Part shown: in pieces, positions 33,177 through 42,193 of the stretch
Position numbering within the stretch: the stretch's first letter is position 1
How the letters are laid out: every line of letters begins with the position of its first letter
Virus record (IMG/VR): IMGVR_UViG_3300027815_000245
Location: 1-42,775 of that record
DNA length: 42,775 bases
Reading direction: 5' to 3' (one strand)
From: a virus
Lineage: Duplodnaviria; Caudoviricetes
Notes under the pieces: generated by a model
The model's database searches: none
What the model was told of the DNA's origin: nothing
What the model saw: only the letters and a program-made list of their open reading frames with translations
Program-made: the position numbers and the translations under genes

Positions 33177-33451
33177 GTGAGGCCGTCGTCCAACCCGTGA
33201 GAGCGATAGCGCCGGCCGCGCGCGGGCACGCTGCGCGCCTTGTGGCGCAGCTTCCATACACCGATCTCCGTGCGCAGTGTTTCCTCGGCGCTCTCGAACG
33301 CGGCGTCGAGCGTGATTGGCGCGCCCGGGTGCTTGCTCATCTCGTAACCGACCGCCCTGACCGCCAGCAGCGCCGCCAGCACTTCGCGCGGCTGGCGCAT
33401 GAGGAATGCCCTGAGTTCGTTGAGCCGCTGTTTTTGAGGTTCGTCGTTCAT
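33173..33451 (-). CDS. Hypothetical early protein
   Basis: GGAGG RBS; ATGA coupling. Confidence 0.55.
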   Translation of the reverse strand: MNDEPQKQRLNELRAFLMRQPREVLAALLAVRAVGYEMSKHPGAPITLDAAFESAEETLRTEIGVWKLRHKARSVPARGRRYRSHGLDDGLT

Positions 33452-33645
33452 GCGCCGCCCTCCGGCTCGTATGCGGCGCCGCCCTGCAGTTTGTGCCGAA
33501 TCGCCTCGGGCGAGCAAAGAAACTCGATCACCAAGCCGGCGGCCGTCGCGCCCTCGATTTGGTTGCCTGAGCGCGCGATGCGCGCTGTCGCCCAGGCGGT
33601 GGCGGCCGCCTGCAATTGTTCCTCGGTGAACACCCAGTACCTCAT
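33448..33645 (-). CDS. Hypothetical early protein
   Basis: MRYWVFTEEQL...; ATGA coupling. Confidence 0.55.
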   Translation of the reverse strand: MRYWVFTEEQLQAAATAWATARIARSGNQIEGATAAGLVIEFLCSPEAIRHKLQGGAAYEPEGGA

Positions 33646-33797
33646 GGCGGGGGCTCCATTGCGCCCGCGATCTTGGCGAGGGTCACGGCGGGATCGACAC
33701 CGATTTCGCCGGCGAAAGCCGCGAAGCCCTGCCAATCCTCGGTCAGGTACGCGTACAGCGCGGCCGCTTCGTCGGGCGTCAGCGTCAGATCGTTCAC
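33642..33797 (-). CDS. 51-aa hypothetical early protein (absent from the ORF track)
   Basis: GTG start overlapping the upstream stop; MNDLTLTPDEAAALYAYLTEDW... Confidence 0.5.
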   Translation of the reverse strand: MNDLTLTPDEAAALYAYLTEDWQGFAAFAGEIGVDPAVTLAKIAGAMEPPP

Positions 33798-33985
33798 TTC
33801 GCCTGCTCCAGCTTGCGCAGGCGCCGCTCAATGGCGAGGCGGACGGTGGACTGCAGGCCCTCCACGCGCAGCGCGGCGCGCAGTTGATCCGGGGAGAAGC
33901 CCTTGACCTTGTCTAGCCGGCTCTCCACATCGGCGGCCTGCATGTGGACGCCGTGAACGCGGCTGGTGATGAAGGGGTTTTTCAC
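33794..33985 (-). CDS. Hypothetical early protein
   Basis: GGAGG RBS; GTGA coupling. Confidence 0.6.
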   Translation of the reverse strand: MKNPFITSRVHGVHMQAADVESRLDKVKGFSPDQLRAALRVEGLQSTVRLAIERRLRKLEQAK

Positions 33986-34506
33986 GCCTCCACCTCCTGC
34001 ACGCCTTCCTTCAGCAACGCCGCTACAAGCTTGTCCACGTCGCCCGCCGCGTCCTTGATCAACACGGCGTCCTGGCCCTCCTGGACCTCGATATGCAGGC
34101 GCTTCAGGTCTTCGGGCGACAGGTCCGCGACCGCCGGCAGGTGCACGCTTTCGGTCTTGCGCGTGAGCAGCTCCGCCTGATCCTTGGGCAGCAGCGCATG
34201 AATCCGGGCGATGGTGTCCTGCTCGTCGGCGATCACAACCTTGTCCTTTGCCTTCTGGAAGCCCACTTTCACGCCGTGGAGGGTCAAGGTCTTCGGTTTG
34301 ACGAACAGCCCGGGTGAGGCATCGATCGCGGCGTGCAGCGCCGCCTGCCGCTCTGCGGCGGTCGCCACGAGGCGCTTGATGCGACCGAGGTACTTCTTCT
34401 GCGCCTCGCGCACATCGTCCTGCAGCGCGCCAATCGTGCCCGCCAGCGCCTCGCGCGCGGCAGCGTAGCCTTCGGTCAAGCTGTCGATCTCTCTCAGGGT
34501 TGCCAT
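33982..34506 (-). CDS. gam: Mu Gam-like DNA-end-binding/host-nuclease inhibitor
   Basis: Coiled-coil N-terminus; LFVKPKTLTLHGVKVGFQK. Confidence 0.75.
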   Translation of the reverse strand: MATLREIDSLTEGYAAAREALAGTIGALQDDVREAQKKYLGRIKRLVATAAERQAALHAAIDASPGLFVKPKTLTLHGVKVGFQKAKDKVVIADEQDTIARIHALLPKDQAELLTRKTESVHLPAVADLSPEDLKRLHIEVQEGQDAVLIKDAAGDVDKLVAALLKEGVQEVEA

Positions 34507-34559
34507 AGGTGCGGTTTCTCCAGTAATGGCGGACCGGCAGCGCCGGCCCGCGGTGGCTG

Positions 34560-34889
34560 TTACGTGTTCAATCGAAGTTGCCCAAGCAGTTCCGGGAGCG
34601 GCAGATTGCGCAGCCGCGACTCCAGCACCAGCGAGTGCATCGCCCTCGCCCGAAGAAAAGCGCACGTCTCCTGCAGCTCCTCGGGCGTCACCGCGACGAA
34701 ATAGCCGCGCTTCGGGTGCCCGCAAATCGCGATGCCCTCCAGGCGCAGCGCCGAGACGATCGAGCGCACCTGCCGCGGCGGGATGCCGGCGATCGCGGCC
34801 AGGTCCCGCGCGGTGATGCCACGCGCTTTGCCCTCGCGCATCATCAGCTCGAACAGCACGCGCGCCTTGGGTGTCGGCTCGATCTGCAC
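34560..34889 (-). CDS. Winged HTH protein
   Basis: GITARDLA...RQVRSIVSALRLEG.AIC.HPKRGYF.A.TPEE. Confidence 0.75.
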   Translation of the reverse strand: MQIEPTPKARVLFELMMREGKARGITARDLAAIAGIPPRQVRSIVSALRLEGIAICGHPKRGYFVAVTPEELQETCAFLRARAMHSLVLESRLRNLPLPELLGQLRLNT

Positions 34890-35173
34890 TACTTGAGCCT
34901 CCAGACGCGCACCTGGTCGCCTTCCTTGCGCGTGGTGATGGTGAAGCCCAGTTTCTTCGCCACGGCGTACACGGTGTTCGCATCTTTGATGACGAACGAC
35001 TTGTCGCCGGCCATCTGCCGCAGCGTCTCGGCGATCACCTCGCACTTCTTCACCGCGCCGTAGCGCAGCGGCGGCAGCGGCACCTCTTCGGTGAGCGGGA
35101 GCGTCGGCGTCTGCGGCACCTGCGCGAGCGCCCGCGCGATTGGCGTCCCGGTCGGGCGCACGAGCGGCCTCAA
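34889..35173 (-). CDS. Small putative DNA-binding protein
   Basis: M.GDKSFVI...FTITTRKEGDQVRVWR. Confidence 0.6.
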   Translation of the reverse strand: MRPLVRPTGTPIARALAQVPQTPTLPLTEEVPLPPLRYGAVKKCEVIAETLRQMAGDKSFVIKDANTVYAVAKKLGFTITTRKEGDQVRVWRLK

Positions 35174-35544
35174 GTCACCTCCTTAGGGAATCGCTTCACC
35201 CCGCGCGGATGCGCGCGGTGGCGCAGCTTTTCCATCCAGACGCCATCTGCGCAGCGGCATCCGGGCGGCAGCGCGGCGATCGCGCGCCGGGCGATGTCCT
35301 GTATCGCGCGGTCGAAGTCCAGGCGCTGCTGGGCCGTTTGCTGGCTCGGCAGCAGCCCGCGGCGCGACAGGATGAGGTAGGGCCGGCCGCAGGCGCGCAG
35401 GATCTCGGCCGGCGCCTGCAGGAACGTTTCGAACAACACGCCGCGTGCGCGCAGGTGCGGGTTGGCGAGGTACAGCCGGCCGAGCTGCTCCAGCACTTCG
35501 TCGGCGAGGATCACGGGGGCGGCGAAAGACCGTTCGGTGCTCAT
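35170..35544 (-). CDS. Hypothetical early protein
   Basis: Coupled ORF; LRARGVLFETFLQAP. Confidence 0.6.
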   Translation of the reverse strand: MSTERSFAAPVILADEVLEQLGRLYLANPHLRARGVLFETFLQAPAEILRACGRPYLILSRRGLLPSQQTAQQRLDFDRAIQDIARRAIAALPPGCRCADGVWMEKLRHRAHPRGVKRFPKEVT

Positions 35545-35554
35545 GTCCGCGCCC

Positions 35555-35854
35555 CTAGCAACGCACCGACCAGGCGCGCTGGCGATGGTCGATGGTGATG
35601 GTGCAATCGCGCCGCTCGCCCTCGGCGGGGAAGGTGGGGATGCGCGCCACGGTCACGCCGGGATACTGCTTGACGATCTGCGGCGCTTCGGACGGCGCCT
35701 CAACGGGCGGCGGCGCCGGACGCGTCTCCACCGTCACGCCGAGCCCCATCACCACCATCGCGACCACCGCGCCGGCCGCGCCGCCCAAGCCAAACGCGGT
35801 GTGCTTGATCTGTGATAACTCGCTGTCGCTGAGTATGTTGCTCTTGCCGTTCAT
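35555..35854 (-). CDS. Single-TM hypothetical protein
   Basis: GAGG RBS; hydrophobic GLGGAAGAVVAMVVMGLGV. Confidence 0.55.
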   Translation of the reverse strand: MNGKSNILSDSELSQIKHTAFGLGGAAGAVVAMVVMGLGVTVETRPAPPPVEAPSEAPQIVKQYPGVTVARIPTFPAEGERRDCTITIDHRQRAWSVRC

Positions 35855-36159
35855 GATTCCCTCCGGTTCGGACACCCTTGACAGGCGCGCCAGTGGCGCA
35901 TCGCGAGCGGTGAGGACGTGGGCGCCGCCCGGGTATGAAAGTCGCTGCATTCGGCGAACGTGATCTCGCGCGCTAGAAACGGGCACTGGACGCGCGCGTA
36001 CGCCTTGAGGACGGTGGTTTCAATCTTCCGCGTGCTCGCCGGATACTTGCCGTTCAGCGCGAGCGACAGGCCGGTGTGATTCTTGTAGCCAAGCTCGGCC
36101 GCGACCTTGACCACGCCGCGATCGGCGACCTGTTGCTTCAGTATCTCTAGCCACATCAC
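35851..36159 (-). CDS. HTH protein with C-terminal Cys cluster
   Basis: VAAELGY...LSLALNGKY...CPFL...C...HWRACQGCP. Confidence 0.75.
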   Translation of the reverse strand: MMWLEILKQQVADRGVVKVAAELGYKNHTGLSLALNGKYPASTRKIETTVLKAYARVQCPFLAREITFAECSDFHTRAAPTSSPLAMRHWRACQGCPNRRES

Positions 36160-36773
36160 GCCTCCCTCGGTCGGCGGCGCGAGGCGCGCGGCACCGCGTC
36201 GGCGAACCGATAGCTCGTCTCATTGTTCGGGTCGTAGACGCACCTGCGCGTGGCCCGTACCGCGGGCGGCAGCGGCCCGCGGTCCGCGATCAGCAGGAAT
36301 CGCACGAAGCCGTTGGAGGTCGGATCGGTGCCCTGTTCGCGCTGCGGCAACTGGCGCACGAACCCGGCGCGAGCGAGGGCGTACAGGTACTGCTGCACGT
36401 TGCCGCGAATATCGCCCTCGTCGCCCCGGATGACGAGCATCACCAGATCGTCGATCGAGAACTTGCGCTTGATCCGCATCGCCGCCCAGGCGCGCTCGCG
36501 CACCGTGCCGCGGCGCACCAGGTGGCCGGTGCGCTGGCCCTTCGGCCCGGAGCGCACCGTCGCCCCTTGCTCGATCGCTGCGCGGCCGGCGGCGGTGAGG
36601 ACGTGACAGCCCGGGCCGGTGCGCCGGATGAGACCGTTCCGCAGCAGCGTGCGGCAGTGGTTCTCGACGCCCTTCGCATCGGTGCCGGTGATCTCGACCA
36701 GGCGCGCCTCGGTGATGCAATCGCGCGGCGCCGCCTTTCCGATGGCCGTTAAGAGCTGTGCGGCTTTCCACAT
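36156..36773 (-). CDS. Tandem winged-helix protein downstream of B
   Basis: RERAWAAMRIKRKFSIDDL...YLYALARAGF...GPLPP...VYDPN. Confidence 0.75.
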   Translation of the reverse strand: MWKAAQLLTAIGKAAPRDCITEARLVEITGTDAKGVENHCRTLLRNGLIRRTGPGCHVLTAAGRAAIEQGATVRSGPKGQRTGHLVRRGTVRERAWAAMRIKRKFSIDDLVMLVIRGDEGDIRGNVQQYLYALARAGFVRQLPQREQGTDPTSNGFVRFLLIADRGPLPPAVRATRRCVYDPNNETSYRFADAVPRASRRRPREA

Positions 36774-36777
36774 GGCC

Positions 36778-37017
36778 TTAACGGGCCTCCGGAGGCAGGG
36801 TTGCCAGCAGCGAGTCTTCGGACAACCACCAGTACTGGGCGTGCTTGATCGGTTGGTAGTCCATTTCGCTGACCCATTGGCCGTTGGTTCGCGGGGTCAT
36901 GTGGTGAATGTCCGAGAGCAGGGCGAAGGTCCCGTCCTTCTCGCGAATGGCGATGACGGCCGTGATGGGCAACACCGTGGGTATCTCGGTGTGCGATTTC
37001 CACTCCACCGTTTTCAT
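36778..37017 (-). CDS. Hypothetical inserted protein
   Basis: ATGA-coupled to B; lower GC. Confidence 0.55.
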   Translation of the reverse strand: MKTVEWKSHTEIPTVLPITAVIAIREKDGTFALLSDIHHMTPRTNGQWVSEMDYQPIKHAQYWWLSEDSLLATLPPEAR

Positions 37018-37760
37018 GCGGCGCTCCGGGCGATCGGTGCGCTTCGGCGGCGTGACTGCCAGTCCTCGACTAGCGCCTTGCCGGCAAAGTCAGCGAGCGC
37101 GGCTTTTTTCTGGCCGTTGCGCTTCGCGTGGCGTTCGACACGCGCGATCGCGTTGATGGCGTCGCGCATCCGGCCGGCTGACTGGCGGTGGATCTCCTCA
37201 ACCAGGTCGCGGGCGATATCGACCTCGGCCAGTTCGGCGCAGCACTTCGTCACGTCGGCCAGGCTCGCTGGCTGGAACTCGACCACCTTGGCGATGCGCG
37301 AGCTGATCTGCGGGTAGCGCGCGATGCGCGGTAGCACGCGCTCCTCCCCGGCCACCAGGATGACGATGGTCTCGGTCAGATCGGAGATGTCACGCACCGC
37401 CTCCAGCACCCGGGCGCGGTTCGCCAGGGTGTGCTGCACCTCATCGATCACCAGCGGGACCTGCTGTTTGCCGATCGCCGCGATGACGCGGCCGAACACC
37501 TGCCGGCCACCGCCCGAGGTATCGACGCGCAGCTGCTCGGCCAGTTCGGCCAGCATCCTGGAGGGCGTCCACTCCACCTTGGCGCGCAGGTAGACCGCCT
37601 TCATGTCGACAGCCCACTGTTCCACCACGATCGATTTGGAAAATCCCGGATCGCCCACCACCAGCATCAGGCTCGCCTCGGCGGCGCCGCGCTGCTCGAC
37701 GGCAGTGATGCCGGTGCGGAAGCGCTCGTAGTTCTCGGTTTTGACCAGCAGTTTTTTCAT
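37014..37760 (-). CDS. B: Transposition AAA+ ATPase (MuB-like)
   Basis: Walker A variant GDPGFSKS, Walker B LVIDE, QISSRI, SAGRMR; follows the transposase. Confidence 0.88.
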   Translation of the reverse strand: MKKLLVKTENYERFRTGITAVEQRGAAEASLMLVVGDPGFSKSIVVEQWAVDMKAVYLRAKVEWTPSRMLAELAEQLRVDTSGGGRQVFGRVIAAIGKQQVPLVIDEVQHTLANRARVLEAVRDISDLTETIVILVAGEERVLPRIARYPQISSRIAKVVEFQPASLADVTKCCAELAEVDIARDLVEEIHRQSAGRMRDAINAIARVERHAKRNGQKKAALADFAGKALVEDWQSRRRSAPIARSAA

Positions 37761-37814
37761 GCGTACACTCCCTGTTGCTGTTGTTGCTTCAACTCGGCCG
37801 CGCGCTAGTTGACG

Positions 37815-39899
37815 CTAGCGCGCGGCCACCTCGCTCTCATCCCCGAACAGATCCGCCCACTCGCTGGTGGCCCGATACCAGCCGAGCCAGTTCTCGTCCT
37901 CGGTGTTCACCTCGCCGGCGTGTTCCATCAACCAGCGGAATTTCTCCACGTCTGAATCGAACAGCGGCCGGCGGTGCTGACCGTGAGCGGAGAGGGCGAC
38001 GACGTTCTGTTCCGGCTCCTCGGCCGCGACGATCTCCAGCGGCTCAAGCGCCTCGCCTTGCCGCTGTTCCACGAGCCCCGCGCGCTCGGCGTGCACTTCG
38101 TCCAGTTGGCCCTGCAGGCGCTTCGCGCGGCGCGCGGTGCGCTGATCGGCGAGGCGCTCGATCAAGGGTTTCGGCTGGTAGTCATCGCGATTGCCGTCGA
38201 GCACCGCACAGGCGATCGACTCGCCCGAGAGCTTCTTCACCCACACGCGCGACGCGTCGTGGATGTCGTAGCAGACCTGCACTTCCTCGCCATCGACCAG
38301 CATCAGGTCTTTGTGGGAATAGATGCCGTTGAAGGCGCGGACTTCGCCGCGGTTTGCACGCCTCGTGATGGCGGGCATGAACAGCGTGTCCAGTTCCGCG
38401 CCTTTCGGAAGCAGGAGCTGCGTGCCGCTCTCGGTGATGCGCGCAATGCGATAGGCTTGCGGCGTGGCGTGCCGCGCGCCGTCCAACTTCGGCAGCGAGC
38501 GGTGCTGGTGTTCGTTGTTGTACTCATCGATCGATTCGACGAGCGCGTCGAGGAATTGCTGCCAGGTCGGCAAGCGCCGGGGCAGGGCGGTGACTTCCCC
38601 TTTTTTGACCGCGCGCAGCGCCCGGTCGATCTCGATCGTGACTTTGCGCAACGTCTCGCGATCGGCGCTTGCGCCGCGAAAGGTGTCGAAGCGCCGCGCC
38701 AGGGGAATGAGCGTGGTCTGCCAGAAGCGCTCGATCACGCCGCGCCCCTGCGGGTTGCCCGGCCGGCCAAGTTCATGATGGATGCCCAGCGCCCCGAGCG
38801 TGCCGGTGATCGGCGCGTCGAACATCTTGTTCGTCTGCCCGCCGCCGTTGTCGGAGTAGTAAATCAGCGGCACGCCGTGGCGCGACACCGCGTGCCGCAT
38901 CGCATCGGCCACCGCGAGGCAGTTCTCCGACAGCGCCACCGACCAGCCGACGCAGTAGCGCGTCGCGACATCGAGGATCGCGGTCACCTCAGGCACGAAC
39001 GGCGCTCCGGTAATCGGGTGCGCCACCTTCAGCTTCGCACCGTGGCCGTCGCCGACCCACACGTCATTGGGCGCGAGCGAGAGAAACTCGCGCCGGCGGA
39101 ATGGCCGCAGCGCATTCAGCGCCGCGCCGGTGTGGCGGCCGGCGTAGAAGAGCGACTTCGGCAGCTTCTTCATGTAGCGCTTGGCGCGGTGATACAGCGG
39201 CATCGCATCGACGCCCTGCGCTCGGGCGATCTCTTTCGCGCACCAGGCGAGTGAGGGCTTGTTCGGTTGCCGGCTGAGCGCGAGCACCGCCGCGACGTCC
39301 TCGGCGAGCGTGTAGTCACGGCCGACTGCGGCCGGCGCCAGTGCGCCCGGCCCGCGCTTGGCGATATCGATCCACCGATAGAGCGTGCGGCGTGACAGGG
39401 TGCGCTTGCCCGCCTGGCCGCGCTTCGCGTTGGCGAGCGGCACCAGCTGCTGCAGCTGCTCGGGCAACCCGCCCGCGCCCGCCATCACGATCAGGTTGCG
39501 GATCGCCCGGTCGATCCCGACCGCCTCGCCGATCCGTTGCGCCTCGGCGACGATCGCGGCGCGAGCGGCGCCCGCCTGCCGCTGCCAATCGGTGAGATCG
39601 GTGAGCGCTGCGGAAGGAGAGACCGCCACCGATGTCGCCGGCGCCCGATGGGAGGGTGTCGGGTGAACCGGTGCTGCTGACACCGGGGCGGAAAGGATGA
39701 GCCGGCGTGTGACGGCTTCGCGCACGTCAGCGGGGAGTGAATCGATTGAGTAAAGCCTGCGACGCCCTCCGCGCGCGGCCTCCTCGACGTGCAGCCATCC
39801 CTCGTTGATGGCCCGCCGTCTCGTTGAACGTTTCGTGATACCGAGTTCCGCGGCGATCTCCGCAACGGCGACGCGCGCTTGTTTTTCTTGTTTTGGCAT
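37815..39899 (-). CDS. A: DDE transposase (MuA-like)
   Basis: N-terminal Mu HTH (RRAINEGW...GGRRRLYSIDSLP); DDE triad VWVGDGH / YSDNG / GVIER; C-terminal YDIHD.S.VWV. Confidence 0.93.
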   Translation of the reverse strand: MPKQEKQARVAVAEIAAELGITKRSTRRRAINEGWLHVEEAARGGRRRLYSIDSLPADVREAVTRRLILSAPVSAAPVHPTPSHRAPATSVAVSPSAALTDLTDWQRQAGAARAAIVAEAQRIGEAVGIDRAIRNLIVMAGAGGLPEQLQQLVPLANAKRGQAGKRTLSRRTLYRWIDIAKRGPGALAPAAVGRDYTLAEDVAAVLALSRQPNKPSLAWCAKEIARAQGVDAMPLYHRAKRYMKKLPKSLFYAGRHTGAALNALRPFRRREFLSLAPNDVWVGDGHGAKLKVAHPITGAPFVPEVTAILDVATRYCVGWSVALSENCLAVADAMRHAVSRHGVPLIYYSDNGGGQTNKMFDAPITGTLGALGIHHELGRPGNPQGRGVIERFWQTTLIPLARRFDTFRGASADRETLRKVTIEIDRALRAVKKGEVTALPRRLPTWQQFLDALVESIDEYNNEHQHRSLPKLDGARHATPQAYRIARITESGTQLLLPKGAELDTLFMPAITRRANRGEVRAFNGIYSHKDLMLVDGEEVQVCYDIHDASRVWVKKLSGESIACAVLDGNRDDYQPKPLIERLADQRTARRAKRLQGQLDEVHAERAGLVEQRQGEALEPLEIVAAEEPEQNVVALSAHGQHRRPLFDSDVEKFRWLMEHAGEVNTEDENWLGWYRATSEWADLFGDESEVAAR

Positions 39900-39983
39900 T
39901 AACGTCTCTGTAAAAAGGCGAGGGGCGCATCCCGCGTTAGACTTTCCGGACTCACTCAGTCCGTCCAACACAGGAGGCCCCTC

Positions 39984-40412
39984 ATGAATGACGAATTACG
40001 GAAGGCGGTAGATCTGATTAACGCGCGGCAAAGTGCCGCCGAATTCATGTTGCTCGCGCTCGCACTTGCCCTCGTCGAGAACGAGGTTCTGCCCGCCGCG
40101 AAGGTGCTCGACGCGGCCAAGTTCATAATGGCTTTTTGCTACGTGACCGAATCGCCGCTCGCCGGCGAGGCCTGTAAGCCGTCAGTGAGTCGGCTAGAGG
40201 CGATAGCCGAGAAAGAGCCACGCTTCGCTTTTCGAGCTTTGATTGCAATGCACCTTGAAACCGCTGCGCATCAGCGAGACGCTTTACGGACTTGGCTAGC
40301 TTCAGCATCTCAGGGCGAGATCGTCGAGGACCTCGATGAGCTGCTTCGGAAATTGTCTGGAAAAAGCGGGTCATCTCCGCCGCCACCAAGGCCAAGATCG
40401 AAGCGGAAGTGA
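39984..40412 (+). CDS. Hypothetical helical protein; antisense moron within the early operon
   Basis: AGGAGG RBS; upstream TAGACT -10-like box; stop abuts the stop of the 40413 gene. Confidence 0.65.
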   Translation: MNDELRKAVDLINARQSAAEFMLLALALALVENEVLPAAKVLDAAKFIMAFCYVTESPLAGEACKPSVSRLEAIAEKEPRFAFRALIAMHLETAAHQRDALRTWLASASQGEIVEDLDELLRKLSGKSGSSPPPPRPRSKRK

Positions 40413-40874
40413 TCACCGCTTCTCCTCGACGCGCGAGTCCATCTGCTGTTTGATCCGCTTGATCTGCCCGGTGAGTTCGTCGCGCAGGATCTCGGCCTTG
40501 CCCAGTTCGGCCAGTAACGCGTCGCGCCCGATGTAGGCCCGCCCGCCGCACTTCGAAGCGAAGTACTGCAACAACGCGAACGACCCGGTCGCCTGGTCGA
40601 ATGCGATCGCCCGCTCCAGGTTGATCTTGTGTTCCTCGCGCGCCTCCGAGCTGTAGGCGTTCAGCATGTGCACCGTCACCTCGCGCCCGAGCAGCTCGCT
40701 CATCTGCCGGGCGATATCGGCGCGATCGATGCCGCTGTCGGCGATCGCCGCGCCCACCACGCGCGCGATCTCGCGCGTCACTGCGAGCGATCCGCTCGCA
40801 TTCGTCGGCGCCGGCGGCAGCGCCGTGTCGAAGAACAAGCCGAGGCTGAGCTGCTGCGTGTTGGCGGCGCGCAT
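40413..40874 (-). CDS. CII-like HTH regulatory protein
   Basis: RADIARQMSELLG..VT.HMLNAYSS..RE.H.I. Confidence 0.75.
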   Translation of the reverse strand: MRAANTQQLSLGLFFDTALPPAPTNASGSLAVTREIARVVGAAIADSGIDRADIARQMSELLGREVTVHMLNAYSSEAREEHKINLERAIAFDQATGSFALLQYFASKCGGRAYIGRDALLAELGKAEILRDELTGQIKRIKQQMDSRVEEKR

Positions 40875-40883
40875 GTTCAGCGC

Positions 40884-41204
40884 CTAGACGTTGTGTTCAT
40901 GCGCTGACCTGCTACTATTTCGGCTACCCCTGTATGGGCGTAGCGGCGCGGTCGGACGCTTATAGATCGGCTGGTGCTTCGCGTCGTAGCGCGACGGCCA
41001 GATCTCCCACGGCCGCCGGCCGAGCGCGGTCGCGATGATCTTCTCCACCGCGGGCCAGGGCCGGCGCAGCGTCTGGTTACAGACGTTCGACGAGTAGTCG
41101 TGGGCGAATGACAGCTGGCGTAGCGTCCAGCCCAATTTTTTCAATTGAGCCTGAATGTCGGCAGCGTGCCAGTCGGGGGAAGTGGTGTGCGTTGAGATGT
41201 TCAT
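40884..41204 (-). CDS. ner: Ner-like DNA-binding protein
   Basis: DWHAADIQAQL...TLRQLS...RPWP..EKIIA.ALG..PWEIWPSRY. Confidence 0.92.
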   Translation of the reverse strand: MNISTHTTSPDWHAADIQAQLKKLGWTLRQLSFAHDYSSNVCNQTLRRPWPAVEKIIATALGRRPWEIWPSRYDAKHQPIYKRPTAPLRPYRGSRNSSRSAHEHNV

Positions 41205-41211
41205 GGGATAG

Positions 41212-41260
41212 ACATTAATCCAATATCGGAACCTTCGTCAATCCAATTGTGGAACCTTCG
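41212..41260 (-). promoter_or_regulatory. Early promoter Pe overlapped by two operators
   Basis: -35 TTGACG (41241-41236), 18 bp spacer, -10 TAATGT (41217-41212); direct repeats AATCCAAT-nnn-GGAACCTTCG at 41217-41237 and 41240-41260. Confidence 0.7.
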
Positions 41261-41281
41261 CGGCACTTCCGTTTTTTTGAC

Positions 41282-41435
41282 GTCCCTCTTTGTCCCTCTT
41301 TCCGAATTGCTGGTATTGGGCGATTTTCGATGATTACGTCGCTGGATCAGTGGGTTATTGAAAGTGCGACAGGGACGCAGGGTGCCGTGCGTCGTGTCCC
41401 TCTTTCGCCGTCAAAGAGGGACACGTGAAAGAGGG
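41282..41435. repeat. GTCCCTCTTT repeat cluster (candidate transposition enhancer/operator)
   Basis: Direct copies at 41282-41291 and 41292-41301; perfect 13-bp inverted repeat 41393-41405/41413-41425; partial copy at 41428-41435. Confidence 0.7.
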
Positions 41436-42174
41436 CTTTCCCAAGCGGTTGGTGGCTGCCCGCGAGCGCCTCGGGCTCACCCAGGAGGCGTTCAGCGCCA
41501 AGTGCGGTATTCCGCTGTCGACCATCAAAAAACACGAGGGATCGCATTCGGAACCACGCCCGGATGCGCTTTCGGGCTACGCCTCGACCGGGATCAATCT
41601 TCATTGGCTGCTGGATGAAGAGGGCGAGGTCCTTCGCCACGCGCAGCAGTCATCGCTGCGCGTGGCCAGCGATCAACCTGCCAGCCATAGAGCGCGAAAG
41701 CTGGCGGTCGAGCTTCCTCGGGGCAGTTCACTCAATGCCGATGATCTGGCGGGGGATGATTTCGTGATGGTCCCCCGCTACGACCTGGCCGGATCAGCCG
41801 GCGGCGGCGCGCTCATTCACAGCGAGCAGATCGTTGATCACCTGGCATTCCGCGCCGACTGGGTGAGAAACGCGCTCGGCGTCGCGCGCAAGGACCTGGT
41901 GCTGATCTCGGTCAAGGGCGATTCGATGGAGCCGACGCTCTCAGACGGCGACCTGATCCTGATCGACACCAGCGTGCGCACCATTGGCGACAGCGCCGTG
42001 TACGCGCTCCGAAAAGGCGATGAGCTGTTCGTCAAACGCATCCAGCACAAGCTCGACGGTACCCTGCGGGTGATGAGCGACAATGCCAAGTACGAAACCG
42101 AAACCTACGACGCCGAGCACGCTCCAGCGGTGATAGTCATCGGCAGGGTGCTCTGGGTCGGCCGCAAGCTGTGA
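41425..42174 (+). CDS. CI-type repressor (Cro/C1 HTH + S24 peptidase)
   Basis: RERLGLTQEAFS..CGIPLSTIKKHE; SAGGG cleavage region; GDSMEPTL (Ser) and VKRI (Lys) dyad. Confidence 0.92.
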   Translation: MKEGFPKRLVAARERLGLTQEAFSAKCGIPLSTIKKHEGSHSEPRPDALSGYASTGINLHWLLDEEGEVLRHAQQSSLRVASDQPASHRARKLAVELPRGSSLNADDLAGDDFVMVPRYDLAGSAGGGALIHSEQIVDHLAFRADWVRNALGVARKDLVLISVKGDSMEPTLSDGDLILIDTSVRTIGDSAVYALRKGDELFVKRIQHKLDGTLRVMSDNAKYETETYDAEHAPAVIVIGRVLWVGRKL

Positions 42175-42193
42175 CGTCAAAAGGGAGGGGGCC

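Noticed and set aside
41275-42182. 10-bp inverted repeat TTTTGACGTC / GACGTCAAAA flanking the repressor gene
   Set aside because: Short enough to arise by chance in 43 kb; no recombinase to act on it
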